Shown here in pieces: positions 13,195-25,729 of a stretch of 64,000 nt of DNA (position 1 is its first letter; each line of letters opens with the position of its first letter). Made by a program: the position numbers and the translations under genes. Location of the stretch: assembly GCA_002269645.1 (NCBI GenBank), contig NIVC01000245.1, positions 682,001 through 746,000 of the forward strand. Direction: 5' to 3'. The notes beneath the pieces were generated by a model. The model worked only from the letters and a program-made list of their open reading frames with translations. It was not told the DNA's origin and ran no database searches. Origin of the DNA: Macrostomum lignano. Taxonomy: Eukaryota.

Positions 13195-14098
13195 GGTGGT
13201 GTGGTGATTCTTTGGATGGGGGATTCCTTAGATGGGAGATTCAGTTTGGTGAAATTTTATTGCGTGGGAAAACTGTGTTTGGAGTTTGGACGAAAAGCCC
13301 ATAGGGGGTTGGAATTGGCTAACTGAGGAAATTGTTTCACTAATCTTGCTGGGGGTACTTTCTATAAGGGAATGCTTCCTATAAGAAGGACGCTTGCTCT
13401 TAGGGGATGCTTGCTCGGAGGAGAATTCTAAAATGTCAAGATTAACAAGGGGAATTATTGAGATACATGTATAAAATCTTGCCTAGGGGAATTAATGAGA
13501 TGTTAAGGCTTAAGAGGGACTTGCTGAGATACCAAGGCTTGTTGGGGGGGGTAATTGCTGAGATGTCAAGTTTTAGGGATAAACTGCTGAGATGTCAAAT
13601 CGTGTCGGGGAATTGCTGAGATGCCAAGGCTTAAGAGGGACTTGTTCAGATGTCAAAGCTTGGGTGGAATTGCCAAGATGTCAAGGCTCAAGAGGGAGTT
13701 CCTGAGATGTCAAGTCTTGGGAAGGAGAATTACTCAGATGTCAAGGCTTGGGGGAATTTCTGAGATGTCAAGGCTTGGGGGGAATTGCTGAGATGTGAAG
13801 GCTTAAGAAGGAATTGCTGAGGTGTCAAGTCTTGGGGAGGGGAATCGCTTAGATGCCAAGGCTTTGGACGGGGAAAAATCGGTAAGATGTCAAGGCTTGC
13901 GCCGGAATTGCTGAGATGTCAATGCTTGGGGTAAATTTCTGAGGTGTCGAGTCTTGGGGGGGATTTCTATGAATTGATGATTCTTTGGGTGAGGGATGCT
14001 TCTAATGGATATCTTTGGATAGGTGATTCATTGGGGAATTCCTCCGATAGGGCATTGCTTCGATGGAGGGTTATTTTTAATGGGGGATTATTTAGTCA

Positions 14099-14280
14099 CA
14101 GGGGCAGCGGAGCCTAATATTTTTGAGGGGGCACCGGGCACAGGGCAAGGGGGAGCACAGGTACCTTTGTAACTGCTAATTAGGGCCTAAAAATCTGAAA
14201 AGCACTAAAAATTATCGCGTGGACTCATTTTCTGGGGGGGGGGCACGTGCCCCCGGTGCCGCAAGCTCCCGCCGCCCATG
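14099..14280. mobile_element. 182-bp MITE inserted in the Helitron satellite region
   Basis: Imperfect TIRs CAGGGGCAGCGGAGC / GCTCCCGCCGCCCATG. TATTTAG occurs near both ends. The insert is absent at the homologous site near 10130. Confidence 0.6.
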
Positions 14281-15379
14281 TATTTAGATGAAGGATTCTT
14301 TAGATGCGGGTTATTTTGACGGGGGTTCTTTACGAGTAGATGAAGCATTCTATTGATAGGGGGATTATTTAGAGGGGAGATCTATGGATTATTTGGATGG
14401 GGATTCTGTGGATGGGGATTGTGATGTGAATTATTTGGGGGAGGAATCATTGGATATGGATGGATGGGGGATTCTTTAGATAGCAATGAATGGGGAAATT
14501 TTTTTGATAGGGATGGAGGGGGAATTATTTGGATGGGTATTCTTTCGATAGGGGGCTTCTGGGGCTTCTGTAGACGGGGGATTTCTTGAATAGGGGATTC
14601 ATTGGATGGGGAATTCTTCAGATGGGAGGATTCCTTGAATGGGGAATTCTTCGGATCGGTGATTCTATCGATGGGGTTCTTTGCATTGGGGATTTTGCGG
14701 ATGGGGAAATCTGTGGTTGGAGTTTGGACGGAAAGCCCCAACGGGGGTTGGAATTGGCTAGTCCAATATACTAAAAATGGTCTGTCTGTGTCTATCTATC
14801 TATCTATGTGATCGATTAGAGAAAAAATGGCTGGACCGATTTTGTTCGAACTTGCACTGTTCGATCAGAAATTTTCCCGTGACTGTACAGGCTAAGAAAT
14901 TGCTCGATGCTAAAGGCATTAAATATTCGAAAAACATGCTTTTTTGCAAAGGTCAAGCAAACTTTTCGACTTGAAATGCATTGTAAGAATGCTAGAGAAA
15001 AAACTGACTGGTTGAATTCTGATTCTGAAATAGATTGCATCATAACTGAATTGTAACTCCGACTTGAATTGAAAATGCAGTTTGGAAGCGTAGCACCAGA
15101 CTTGATTTAAATTGCGTAACCATGCATATTGTTAACTGATACTGACTGACTGAGAAATTGATTATGTCATAACTGCTTCGTGTGATTTACTCTATGCTTG
15201 GATTTTAAAGTGTTGAATTATATAAGTGCAAAATTTGATGTTATCAAAACGATGAGAGCTAGCCTAGAGGTGAACAAACTGAACTGCTAAATGCAGCAAC
15301 GATGGTTCGAATTTTCATAGAGTATAATTTTTTTAATTAAAGCTTTTCAACGTCAGGAAAACTAAAAGACTTTTTAAAA

Positions 15380-17520
15380 AGAAGCGTCATGTAATGAATC
15401 ATAGAAGCGTCATGTAAACAATCATAGAAGCGTCATGTAAACAATCATAGAAGCGTCATGTAAAAAATCATAGAAGCGTCATTTAAAAATCATAGAAGCG
15501 TCATGTAAACAATCATACAAGCGTCATGTAAACAATCATAGAAGCGTCATGTAAAAAATCATAGAAGCGTCATGTAAACAATCATAGAAGCGTCATGTAT
15601 ACAATCATAGAAGCGTCATGTAAAAAATCATAGAAGCGTCATGTAAAAAATCATAGAAGCGTCATGTAAAAAATCATAGAAGCGTCATGTAAAAAATCAT
15701 AGAAGCGTCATGTAAACAATCATGGAAGCGTCATTTAAAAAATCATAAAAGCGTCATTTAAAAAATCATAGAAGCGTCATGTAATGAATCATAGAAGCGT
15801 CATATAAACAATCATAGAAGCGTCATGTAAACAATCATAGAAGCGTCATGTAAACAATCATAGAAGCGTCATGTAAACAATCATAGAAGCGTCATGTAAA
15901 CAATCATAGAAGCGTCATGTAAACAATCATAGAAGCGTCATGTATACAATCATAGAAGCGCCATGTAAAAAATCAAAGAAGCGTCATGTAAACAATCATA
16001 GAAGCGTCATGAAAACAATCATAGAAGCGCCATGTAAAAAATCATAGAAGCGTCATGTAAACAATCATAGAAGCGTCATGAAAACAATCATAGAAGCGTC
16101 ATGTAAAAAATCGTAGCAGCGTCATGTAAAAAATCATAGAAGCGTCATGTAAAAAGTCATAGAAGCGTCATGTAAAAAATCATAGAAGCGTCATGTAAAC
16201 AATCATGGAAGCGTCATTTAAAAAATCATAAAAGCGTCATTTAAAAAATCATAGAAGCGTCATGTAATGAATCATAGAAGCGTCATATAAACAATCATAG
16301 AAGCGTCATATTAAAATCATAGTAGCGTCATATAAACAATCATAGAAGCGTCATGTAAACAATCATAGAAGCGTCATATAAACAATCATAGAAGCGTCAT
16401 GTAAACAATCATAGAAGCGTCATGTAAACAATCATAGAAGCGTCATGTAAACAATCATAGAAGCGTCATGTATACAATCATAGAAGCGCCATGTAAAAAA
16501 TCATAGAAGCGTCATGTAAACAATCATAGAAGCGTCATGAAAGCAATCATAGAAGCGCCATGTAAAAAATCAAAGAAGCGTCATGTAAACAATCATAGAA
16601 GCGTCATGAAAACAATCATAGAAGCGTCATGTAAAAAATCGTAGCAGCGTCATGTAAAAAATCATTGAAGCGTCATGTAAACAATCATAGAAGCGTCATG
16701 TAAGAAATCATAGAAGCGTCATGTATACAATCATAGAAGCGTCATGTAAAAAATCATAGAAGCGTCATGTAAAAAATCATAGAAGCGTCATGTAAACAAT
16801 CATAGAAGCGTCATGTAAACAATCATAGAAGCGTCATGTAAACAATCATAGAAGCGTCATGTAAAAAATCATAGAAGCGTCATGTAAACAATCATAGAAG
16901 CGTCATGTAAACAATCATAGAAGCGTCATGAAAACAATCATAGAAGCGCCATGTAAAAAATCGTAGAAGCGTTATATAAAAATCATAAAAGCGTCATTTT
17001 TGAAAAATCATAGAAGCGTCATGTAAAAAATTGTAGCAGCGTCATGTAAAAAATCATAGAAGCGTCATGTAAACAATTATAGAAGCGTCATGTAAAAAAT
17101 CATAGAAGCGTCATTTAGAAATTATAGAAGCGTCATGTAAACAATCATAGAAGCGTCATGTAAAAAATCATAGAAGCGTCATGTAAACAATCATAGAAGC
17201 GTCATGTAAACAATCATAGAAGCGTCATTTAAAAATCATAGAAGCGTCATGTAAACAATCATAGAAGCGTCATGTAAACAATCATAGAAGCGTCATGTAA
17301 AAAATCGTAGAAGCGTCATTTAAAAATCATAGAAGCGTCATGTAAACAATCATAGAAGCGTCATGTAAACAATCATAGAAGCGCCATGTAAACAATCATA
17401 GAAGCGTCATGTAAACAATCATAGAAGCGTCATGTAAAAAATCATAGAAGCGTCATTTAAAAATCATAGAAGCGTCATGTAAACAATCATAGAAGCGTCA
17501 TGTAAAAAACTAATGAAAGT
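15380..17520. repeat. 23-bp satellite (AATCATAGAAGCGTCATGTAAA[A/C])n, about 90 copies
   Basis: Continuous tandem array with no unique spacers. Confidence 0.97.
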
Positions 17521-18418
17521 GTCTTTTAAAAAATTAAGAAGCATCATGGTAGAATAAAAGAAGCGTCATGTCAGACATGAAGGGTGTCATGTAAAAATTA
17601 AATGCAGCTATAATGCTGTGCTGGGGAGAAAAAAACTGAGACATAAAGGCTCTCAGAGAATAACTGAGATTACGGGAGGGGGGGTTTCTGAGATGTCAAA
17701 GCAAAAGTCAGAAGCTACTTCAAAGTTCATGTACTTTACTCATTTTTTATTGCATTCTTTGTTGGCTCGCCACGGGGGGCGCTGATAGAAGAAGAGTCAT
17801 GTAAAAAATAAAAGTAGCACTACAAGCGTATGTATACATAAAAGAAAAGTCATGTTCAAGTTAAAAGATTCATTTGGGAATTGCTACGATGTCAAAGCTT
17901 GGTGGAAATCGTTATAGTGCTTGATTCTTAAAGAAGGAATCACTAAAATGTCAAGGCTTAGGGGAGAAGAATTGCTGAGATTTCAAGGCTTTAGGTTGGG
18001 TTAAAGTTAGGTTTAGGTCAGGTGTGGGTTGAGGGTTATATTTTATCGGGTTTCAAGGTTAACAGAATAACAGGGGATTTTTTAGATTTCAAGGTTTATG
18101 GGGGCCATCGCTGACATGTTAAGGCTTACGGGGGGAATAGCTGAGATGTCAAGGCTCACGGGGGTATAAATGAGATTTCAAGGCTAAAGTCAGAAGCTAC
18201 ATGTAGTTTATTGAAAACTTTTTATTACATTATTTGATGCCTCCTCAGGGGAGGGATCGCTGATAAAAAAAGTGTAATGTAAAAAATAAAAGAAGCTTCA
18301 TGTCGAAGTTAAGATATTCATTTGGGAATCCCTACGATGTCGAGGCTTGCAGGGAATCGCTATAATGCTGTAGTAGTGCTATTATGACTCTTAGAGAGAA
18401 TTACTGAAATTTCAATGC

Positions 18419-18475
18419 TTTAGGGTTAGGTTAAGGTTAGGGTTAGGGTTAGGGTTAGGCTAGGGTTAGGGTTAG
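18419..18475 (+). repeat. Interstitial telomere-like (TTAGGG)n tract
   Basis: About 9 perfect or degenerate TTAGGG units. Confidence 0.8.
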
Positions 18476-19305
18476 AAGGTTGACAGATATTTTTAGATTT
18501 CCAAGGCTTATTGGGGGCATTGCTGAGATGTCAAGGGGGGAAGTTGATATGTTAAAGCTTGTGGGGGGATTATTGACATGTCAAGGCTTACAAGGTTTGA
18601 CAGGAGATTTTTTAAGATTTCAAGGATATATATGTAGCTTATTAAAAAAACGTGTATTGCATTTCTTTGGCTCCCCAACGGGGGGCGTAGATTGCTAGTA
18701 GAATCTAAGGCTATATTTTTCTAAAATGTTCACACTTAATTCCAATTTGATGTACATGGATAAAAATATTACAATATAACTTCAGGAGGGCTACGGCTAC
18801 TCTGATGCAACGCTTCGGCAACATCGTTCTACAACGCCAGAGCTGACGGCAATTCTGCATGCCCATTCCACACTGACTCCTAAGCACAGACAAGCGCGCC
18901 AATACTGTACCCAGGCACGGATGCACTGATACACACACTCGCAACAGAATGTACCGCGTCACCGACTTTCTAATCATCTGGCATGTACATTCTCTGTGAC
19001 TTGGGGGCTGGCCCTCATGGGTGCGAAGCACACAACATCCTCCTGGCTTCAAAAGGTTAACTAGATTTCAAAACAACGCTAAGATCACATTGAACACATT
19101 TTCCAATAAGAAATTGTTTAAGTTATGTTGTAATGGAATTAGTTTCGAATTCATGTAAAACATGCGCTGTACGTGTTGCTAAAAAGCGATTTTAGAGTAC
19201 CAAATAAAATACCTATGATCTATTGGCGATACGTAGGCCATTTGGATTTGTTTAACTTATTCAAAATCGAGATCGCGCTGCGCAATGTAAATGCTTCCTA
19301 AATAT

Positions 19306-19596
19306 CAGATTTACATATCAGATCGAAAGTTAGACGACGTCTCCAGCACGTATTTTCTAGGACATAGAAACGACCTTTTAAACGAATCGAATTCATTTAT
19401 GATCCTTGAAGATGCAATTGATTCAGCAAAAATGGTTAATAAATAATTATAGAAGCATATAATTAGTCCAATATTTAGTAGAAACAATTAGCTTCTTGGA
19501 GGATCATAAATGAATTGGATTCGTCTGAAGGACGTTCCTACGACCTAAAAAATACGTGTTCGAGACGTTTAACTTTCGGTTGGATTTGTAAATTTG
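19306..19596. mobile_element. Old MITE with ~110-bp imperfect terminal inverted repeats
   Basis: 19306-19420 aligns with the reverse complement of 19485-19596 (e.g. GAATTCATTTATGATCCT / AGGATCATAAATGAATTG). The spacer is AT-rich. Confidence 0.6.
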
Positions 19597-19999
19597 TTAT
19601 ACGGGCTCAGCTTTGAAGTATCAAATTTATTGTCTCGTTTCTCATACGTCATATGTAGTTTCTAGTGCATGAGAGGGAGACATTCCTGCTCTACTGCAAT
19701 GCGTCATAATTCACGATAAAAGTTAAAAAACTTTGAACCAAAGTGCGAAAAATTGAAAATTTACGAGGGGTGTTGCAAAAGTTTCTGGATTTCCTTTAGG
19801 CAAATTTCTCAACGCAATGATAACAAGGGAAATTTCTGGGTAATATTCTAAAACGATTGGTCAAAAGCAGTAAAGGAACACATTATTATGTTTTATTAGT
19901 GTCAAGCGTAACAAAAAGCAACAATTTAAAACACGTTGCAATCAATCAGTGTCCCTTCATCATAAATCAATGTACCAAAGTTCCAGCTGCCATCGATCC

Positions 20000-20284
20000 C
20001 TACCAATCACTATCACTGTCACTGATGTCGTTCTTTCTGTCTGGCCCGGCACTGTTGCACTCCACATATTCACCGTTAAATGCCATACACTTCAGATAGC
20101 GTTCGATCAGATTGTCAAACCCAGCCTTCCAGAAGCTGGAGTCCAGCTGGTGCAGCGATGCGTTAGCGGCGTCAATGACCTCCTGACGTGTCGTGAAAAC
20201 TTGCCCACGCATTGGCAACTTTATTGGACCGAAGAGATGGAAGTCGGCAATCGCGAGGTCGGGGCTGTAGGCTGGGTGACTTAG
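20000..20284 (-). pseudogene. mariner transposase, C-terminal part
   Basis: LSHPAYSPDLAIADFHLFGP..RGQVF..RYLKC..FNGEYVE. Confidence 0.9.
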
Positions 20285-21360
20285 TGTAGAGTGTTCTACC
20301 TCCCGTAAGAAGACATAAAAGTGTTAATGTACTACTCACACATTTTATTTAGTAGTAAATTGAAGAGCATGAATAAAGGTATGCTTTGAACTATAAGTAT
20401 ATTCGGACTAACCAATAGGAAGAGAGAGACCTCGAGCATGCTAATTTTAGAAATCACCCAATCACGTGCGACCAACAACTGTCAATTCAAACCCCACCTT
20501 CAAGTCATCATTTTGTTTGCACTCGGGTTGCACCCGGATGAACCAATCAAAGTCTACCAGCTACGGTAACCAATCATGCGCTTTTACAGTAGACTAGTTG
20601 CGCAACTTTCTACCCTGTCATGCTTGACAGCCACCGAATCGTGACCCTTTGACATTTGCGAAGACAGTGATGTACGACCTCGAGAGAGGTCTGAACGCCT
20701 ATAAATACAAGTGGTCCGGAACGGACCCGGAGCCAGAAAATCTCCAAGGGAGAGAAGCTCCGAAGAGGAAGCTCTAGTGAAGCCTTCCTGAAGAAACTCG
20801 CGTCGTGGACGAGTTCTTGCGGTAAGCCTTACTCATTTGCGCCCGTTGGTTGAGACGTCTCGCTCAAGTCTATTGAGACTTGAGTTTATTTGAGTCTGCT
20901 GAGACTCTTGAGTCTGTTTAGACTCCACTGGTTGCAGTCTCCAGAAGGACTGCCCCTGATAGATCTTAGAAGACTATCAGTGGTTTCCGGAGCCATACCT
21001 AGAGTGCATAGAGGCACTACTAGAAGGAGTAGGCTTATATTAAACCGCAGTTTGGCGCAGGGATCCCCATTGTTAATTTGGAAGCTTCCGATTGGTCCGA
21101 ACTACAGATACCGGCCGGCAAGAAGTCAAGAGGACAAAGGAGATAACGGACCAGATCAACTGTTACCAGGTGCCTAAACTTCCTGAAGGACAGGAAAGTT
21201 ACTGATCGCGATACTACGGACGAGGATTATTACGAGAGCTCTCATTTAAGGACTCAAAGGTAATTGAATACCTTCATTTGATTACTGGGTTGCCTAGCTA
21301 CAGAGCTAGAAGTGATTGTTCCTTGATTACAGTTGAGGACTGGTAATAAGGAACACATCA
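20285..21360 (+). repeat. 5' LTR
   Basis: TGTAGA...CATCA, direct repeat of 29915-30990, with TATAAATA near 20700. Confidence 0.97.
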
Positions 21361-21362
21361 AT

Positions 21363-21373
21363 TGGTGATCTCG
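21363..21373 (+). promoter_or_regulatory. Primer binding site, possibly tRNA-Trp
   Basis: TGGTGATCTCG lies 2 nt after the LTR. It resembles the Trp-type TGGTGACCCCG if two G:U pairs are allowed. Confidence 0.45.
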
Positions 21374-22056
21374 CCCTCTCGGCACTACTCAAACTTTTGA
21401 GCAATAGCCTGGCCAAGCTATTGTAAAGTGACGAAAGAGCGACTTAATTAATTTTGCGCGCACGTGTTAGAGGTAACACTTTTCGACACTTTTCGATTTT
21501 TGTACGATTTGAAACTCGAGTAAAAGCTTAGGTATACAGGCTTGAGTACCTGTCAATTTTGAGTAACGTTTGAGCACGCGTGTTAAATTTTTGTTTTTAT
21601 CGAGCTCGAGCAAGAGTAAACCTTAAACAAAACCGAAAACAACGTCCGGTACACTGAAAACAAACCGAAAAATAATCAATACACACTAAAACAAAACCGA
21701 AATTAAAAACACTTGACGAAAGCTAAAACAAACCGAAATTTGATAAAACGTGACAAGGCACGTCACGAAGACAAGAAAGGCCTTTGAAAAAAGCAAGAAG
21801 CAGCTGCACTTCAAGCACTTTAAAGATACACTTTGCGGGACGCCGCATAAGTGCGAAAATCAGCCAGCGAATAAGAGGTCAGAAAAAGCAGCCAAAAGCC
21901 GAATTCCGCTCAAGGTCAGACATAACAAATTGAGGTGTCAAAAGCACCGCAAGACAATCAGTTACAACCGAAGTTTATTTCGAAAGAAACACCACACTGG
22001 AAGATCCATTACAAATCGACCCAGACCTAGAGCTACCGTTCTATCCCATCAACAAC

Positions 22057-23722
22057 ATGGCGCGGCGCAATCCAACGGTGCACAGAGATATCAAAGAGAC
22101 AGTTGGCACCTTTTCTATGGAAAAAGACTTTAACACCTTTGTTGATCATTTTGACCTGGTATGTAGGGAATACAACCTACAAAATCCAGAAAAAGCGCAA
22201 CTGTTGCCACCACTCCTCCAAGGCACTGCACGAGAGATTTATGGTAAACTAGATGCGGCAACACAGCAAAACTACCCAGCATTAATCATTCAACTGCGCG
22301 CGCATTTCAACCGCTGTGGCACAAACAGATCAGTGCTACTGCACAAGTTGCATAACAGAAGGATGCAGCCAACCGAATCCTTCCTGACCTTTGTGGACGA
22401 CATCCGTCAGATAATTAAGGCACTGCATCAGCCAACACTGCCAGCTGCAGACCAACCACCTCTGGGTGCGGCAGAATTAGCCGCTAGAGAGCGACAGCGA
22501 TTGATGGATCGCGAACAAAATCTGATTCTGCACGTAATAAACAATGCACAGCCGTCACTCCGAGATAGACTTCTACGCGAAAACATTGAAACCGAGGAAG
22601 ACCTTTTACGGTGCGGAATGCAGTGGGAAGCAAGCGCTCCACTAATGACAACCGGCAACACAGAAGTGCAGAAACTGACACAGCAACTAAACAAACTGAT
22701 GCAACATCAAACAGCCGTTATCGCCGAACAAAAAAGACGAAATGAACGAGCCCAAGCCAGATGCTATTACTGTGGACGAGAAGGACACTACCAAATACAT
22801 TGTCCTCATCGGTCAACAAGAAATGACATGCAGCGACAGCCATTCAACAGAAGGAAGCCGCAAAAACCATGGCAACAACATCAAAATTGGCAGCAGCAAA
22901 ACACGAAACGCTTCGGAAACAATGGCTACAGACCGCGAAACACCAGATACATGCCCAAGCAACCAACGCAAGCGATGCAACGATATGCAAACGCCATCAC
23001 GTACACACCGGAAAGCGAACAGCAAGAGCAGCAAGTCTTCACGATAGACGACTTAGAAATGGACTTCACTATCAATGAAATCGACTGGCTCGATGCGGAG
23101 AGCAGCGAAAAGACAAAAAACATCAGCATGGTCGAAATGAAAGAAACTAACATTGACAGCGAAGAAGAAAAGACAGAAGTGAGCACAGAAAAAACATTGT
23201 CAAGCGACATCAGTGAAAGAAAAGAAGAAACAAACAAAGGCAACGACAAAGAACTGGCAACGAAGGATGACAACGAAAGAAGCAACGACGGAAATACAGA
23301 GATGGAAGAAGAACAGCAAGAAGAAAGCAGCGATCACGATTATGAGATGCAGAATGACGCTGATGACAACCAAGCCGCCGACAAAGAACATGAAGACGGA
23401 AGGCACAAAGGAATGGAAGAAAGAAATCTAAGCTCCGACAGCGATCAATGCTACGAGATCCGCTATAAACGAAATGGTGAAGCCTACATCAAACGGTCGA
23501 CTACAAGGCCGAAGTGAGGTACCGCAGACAATGGAGTGACACAACTACAACATCGGAAGAAAGCAAGGAAGAAAATGATGAAGACGACAAGCAGCGGAAC
23601 GAATCGGATGCCTTGCGCTCGGAAACGCCAATGGAACAAGAGGAAGAATACGATGCGGACGTAGAAGATAACGAATGGCAGCCGCAGCCAATGCCAGCAA
23701 AGACAACGGCAACGTTCAGAAA
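22057..23722 (+). CDS. gag: Gag (capsid, CCHC zinc knuckle, long acidic linker); -1 shift near 23512
   Basis: Gypsy capsid-like N-terminus (FNTFVDHFDLVC..KAQLLPPLLQGTAREIY) and CYYCGREGHYQIHC knuckle. The E/D-rich tail continues in ORF 23514-23753. Confidence 0.9.
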
Positions 23723-25729
23723 ATGGCGATCTGGATATTCTGGATCATCATAATACTACTGACGGCAGTAGTCACCAAAGCAACAGCAATGGAAAACCAA
23801 TGATATGTCCAACGGATGCGCATATCCAACCGATGATCTACAAGATACCAACCGACATCAAATGCAGCTACTTCAAGACAAATCAGACGAAGCCAAAGAA
23901 GATCACAATTGATCTCTACAAAGCTAACATCAAGAAGCATCGACAACTCGGAATAGTGTGCTTTAGAGACAAGCACCTAGTGGAAAAAGTTTGGCGAGGA
24001 CAATGGAACAGAATTCGATTTTGGCAACACGAACTACATGTGTCGCACGCTGAATGTCTACAATGGAACCAAACACTGTTCTCAAAGGATGGTCAGCTAG
24101 AACCGGATGAGAAAGTGGGGGAGGCACAACTTTACCGAACGAAAACTCAGCAAACGGACGATATGTACACTTTTCGGAAGCATGGACTAACTACATGACA
24201 CGAAACAGTTACCTAATCAGGAATATTCCATTCTACCACAATCCTTTTGAAAAAATGGAGTCGCTACAACTGCAATTAAGTGACTGCCGATACAGCAAAG
24301 GATGGTGTCCAACGCCGATACTGCGGAATGAGGAACTATACAGCTTACCGTTGAGTCCAACATATCATCAAGACTATCGATGGCAAATAATACGCAGAGG
24401 CGACTCACGATATGAAGAACCATCTAAGTCACGACAATACTTCTTCGCGTGGGAAGTTGAGCCGGAAATTGACTGCAAGCTTCAAAAGTATCACACAGTT
24501 GAAGGAGGTCTACTGTCAAACACGTTTTTGGCAAAGTCAGGAGACTTGGCACTGACGTTTCAAAAGAAACCAGTCGAGCAAAAACTGAAATGCAAGGATA
24601 CAGACAAGACACTATTCATCTCGGAACAAGAGATACCAGTCTACGTAAAAGAAGACGACAAACAAACCTTTCTGGCGATCATCAACGGAACGTATCAACA
24701 GCAGGAACAACAGAACAGACGACGACGAGACATCGAACGTCCCAAACTGGTGTCAAACCGACTACTGTCAGCAAAGATAACGGCTTTGGATCACAATCTA
24801 CACAACCAGTTAAACCACTTGCATCGAACACTGGTCCAGCTAACTTGCAAAATGCACGCAATCAACTTAAATTATGCCAGACAAAACTACTATGTCAACC
24901 CTACGATGACTTTTCGTAAAATCACCGGAATGACGAACGTTTTGGCAGTTCCAATATACGAGCATCTGTTGATATACAAGTGCACGCCGATACAGCACTT
25001 TAACATCTTGCCGTCGAACACGTCAACAACCTGCTACGACAAGCCAAGGATTGAAGCGTTCTACGAAGGAAAACGAATTCAGGATTCTTGGACACGGTAC
25101 ACAACATCATAGTTGGCACCGCAATACCGAGACCCTGCACCACGGCAGCAAACTACTATCAACTGGACAATGCACTACACGTCATCAAAACAACTGGAAC
25201 GACAGCAAACATCACAGAACCGGAAGTAATCGTCGACGAAAACTACGACATGGAGGATTTGAAAATCCGATTCAACAGAACGAAGTATACGCCATTCGCC
25301 GATATCCAACTTGACGAGATAACACCAGGATGGACGATCAACGACTTCTTGCAAGCGTTCATCACCCAACGCAAGATGATTCACCAGCTGTTCACAAGAA
25401 AGGACAAAGGAACCGGGACAGGAAGATTTCCCGTCCTTGTTTCAATGGACAGCGCCATCAAATCATTTTGGACAAACAGCTTCTGGGAGCTGCTCAATGG
25501 AAGAGGCAGTCTCTATCAAGGATTCATCTTCTACGGTGCTTGCATTGTGTGGATTGTCACGGCAATCTTCATCATTTCGTCGATCGTACGGTGCTTCAGT
25601 CAAACTTGTCCAAGAGCTAAGAAGACAGTTAATGCCATAATGCAAAGAACGACAACGGAAGGCGACAACAGTTTAGAACTAACAGAAACTGCACATCGTG
25701 AGGTTCAAGGGCAACCGACACTAGCAACG
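23723..25729 (+). CDS. env: Env-like class III fusion glycoprotein embedded between gag and protease; -1 shifts near 23792, 24185 and 25082
   Basis: Signal-like MAIWIFWIIIILLTAVVTKATA (23723-23788), RRRR furin site (24717-24728), six N-X-S/T sequons, gB-like Cys/helix pattern, and TM FIFYGACIVWIVTAIFIISSIV (25523-25588). Confidence 0.85.

Larger units (their letters stand above)
10747..14761 (+). mobile_element. Helitron-like copy C (complete) with two 3' modules
   Basis: Starts (TCCA)n-ATATACTAAAAA right after the CTAG of copy B. Internal degenerate terminus CTAA at 13319-13322. Final hairpin plus CTAG at 14758-14761. Confidence 0.65.
14762..18697 (+). mobile_element. Helitron-like copy D (diverged subfamily) containing a 2.1-kb satellite
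   Basis: Starts TCCAATATACTAAAAA immediately after CTAG, with a (TCTA)n microsatellite and GGACCGATTTTG. Ends CCCCAACGGGG..CTAG|T at 18694-18697. Confidence 0.55.

Noticed and set aside
15380-17520. CRISPR-like array
   Set aside because: The units abut with no unique spacers, there are no cas genes, and the context is eukaryotic.
18711-19052. 113-aa minus-strand ORF
   Set aside because: No recognisable domain, splice context or second copy.
20890-21177. 95-aa ORF in each LTR (also 30520-30807)
   Set aside because: It has a non-ATG start and no recognisable domain, and is duplicated only because the LTRs are.
21750-22133. 127-aa ORF upstream of gag
   Set aside because: It has a GTG start in an A-rich leader and no motifs, and overlaps the true gag start.
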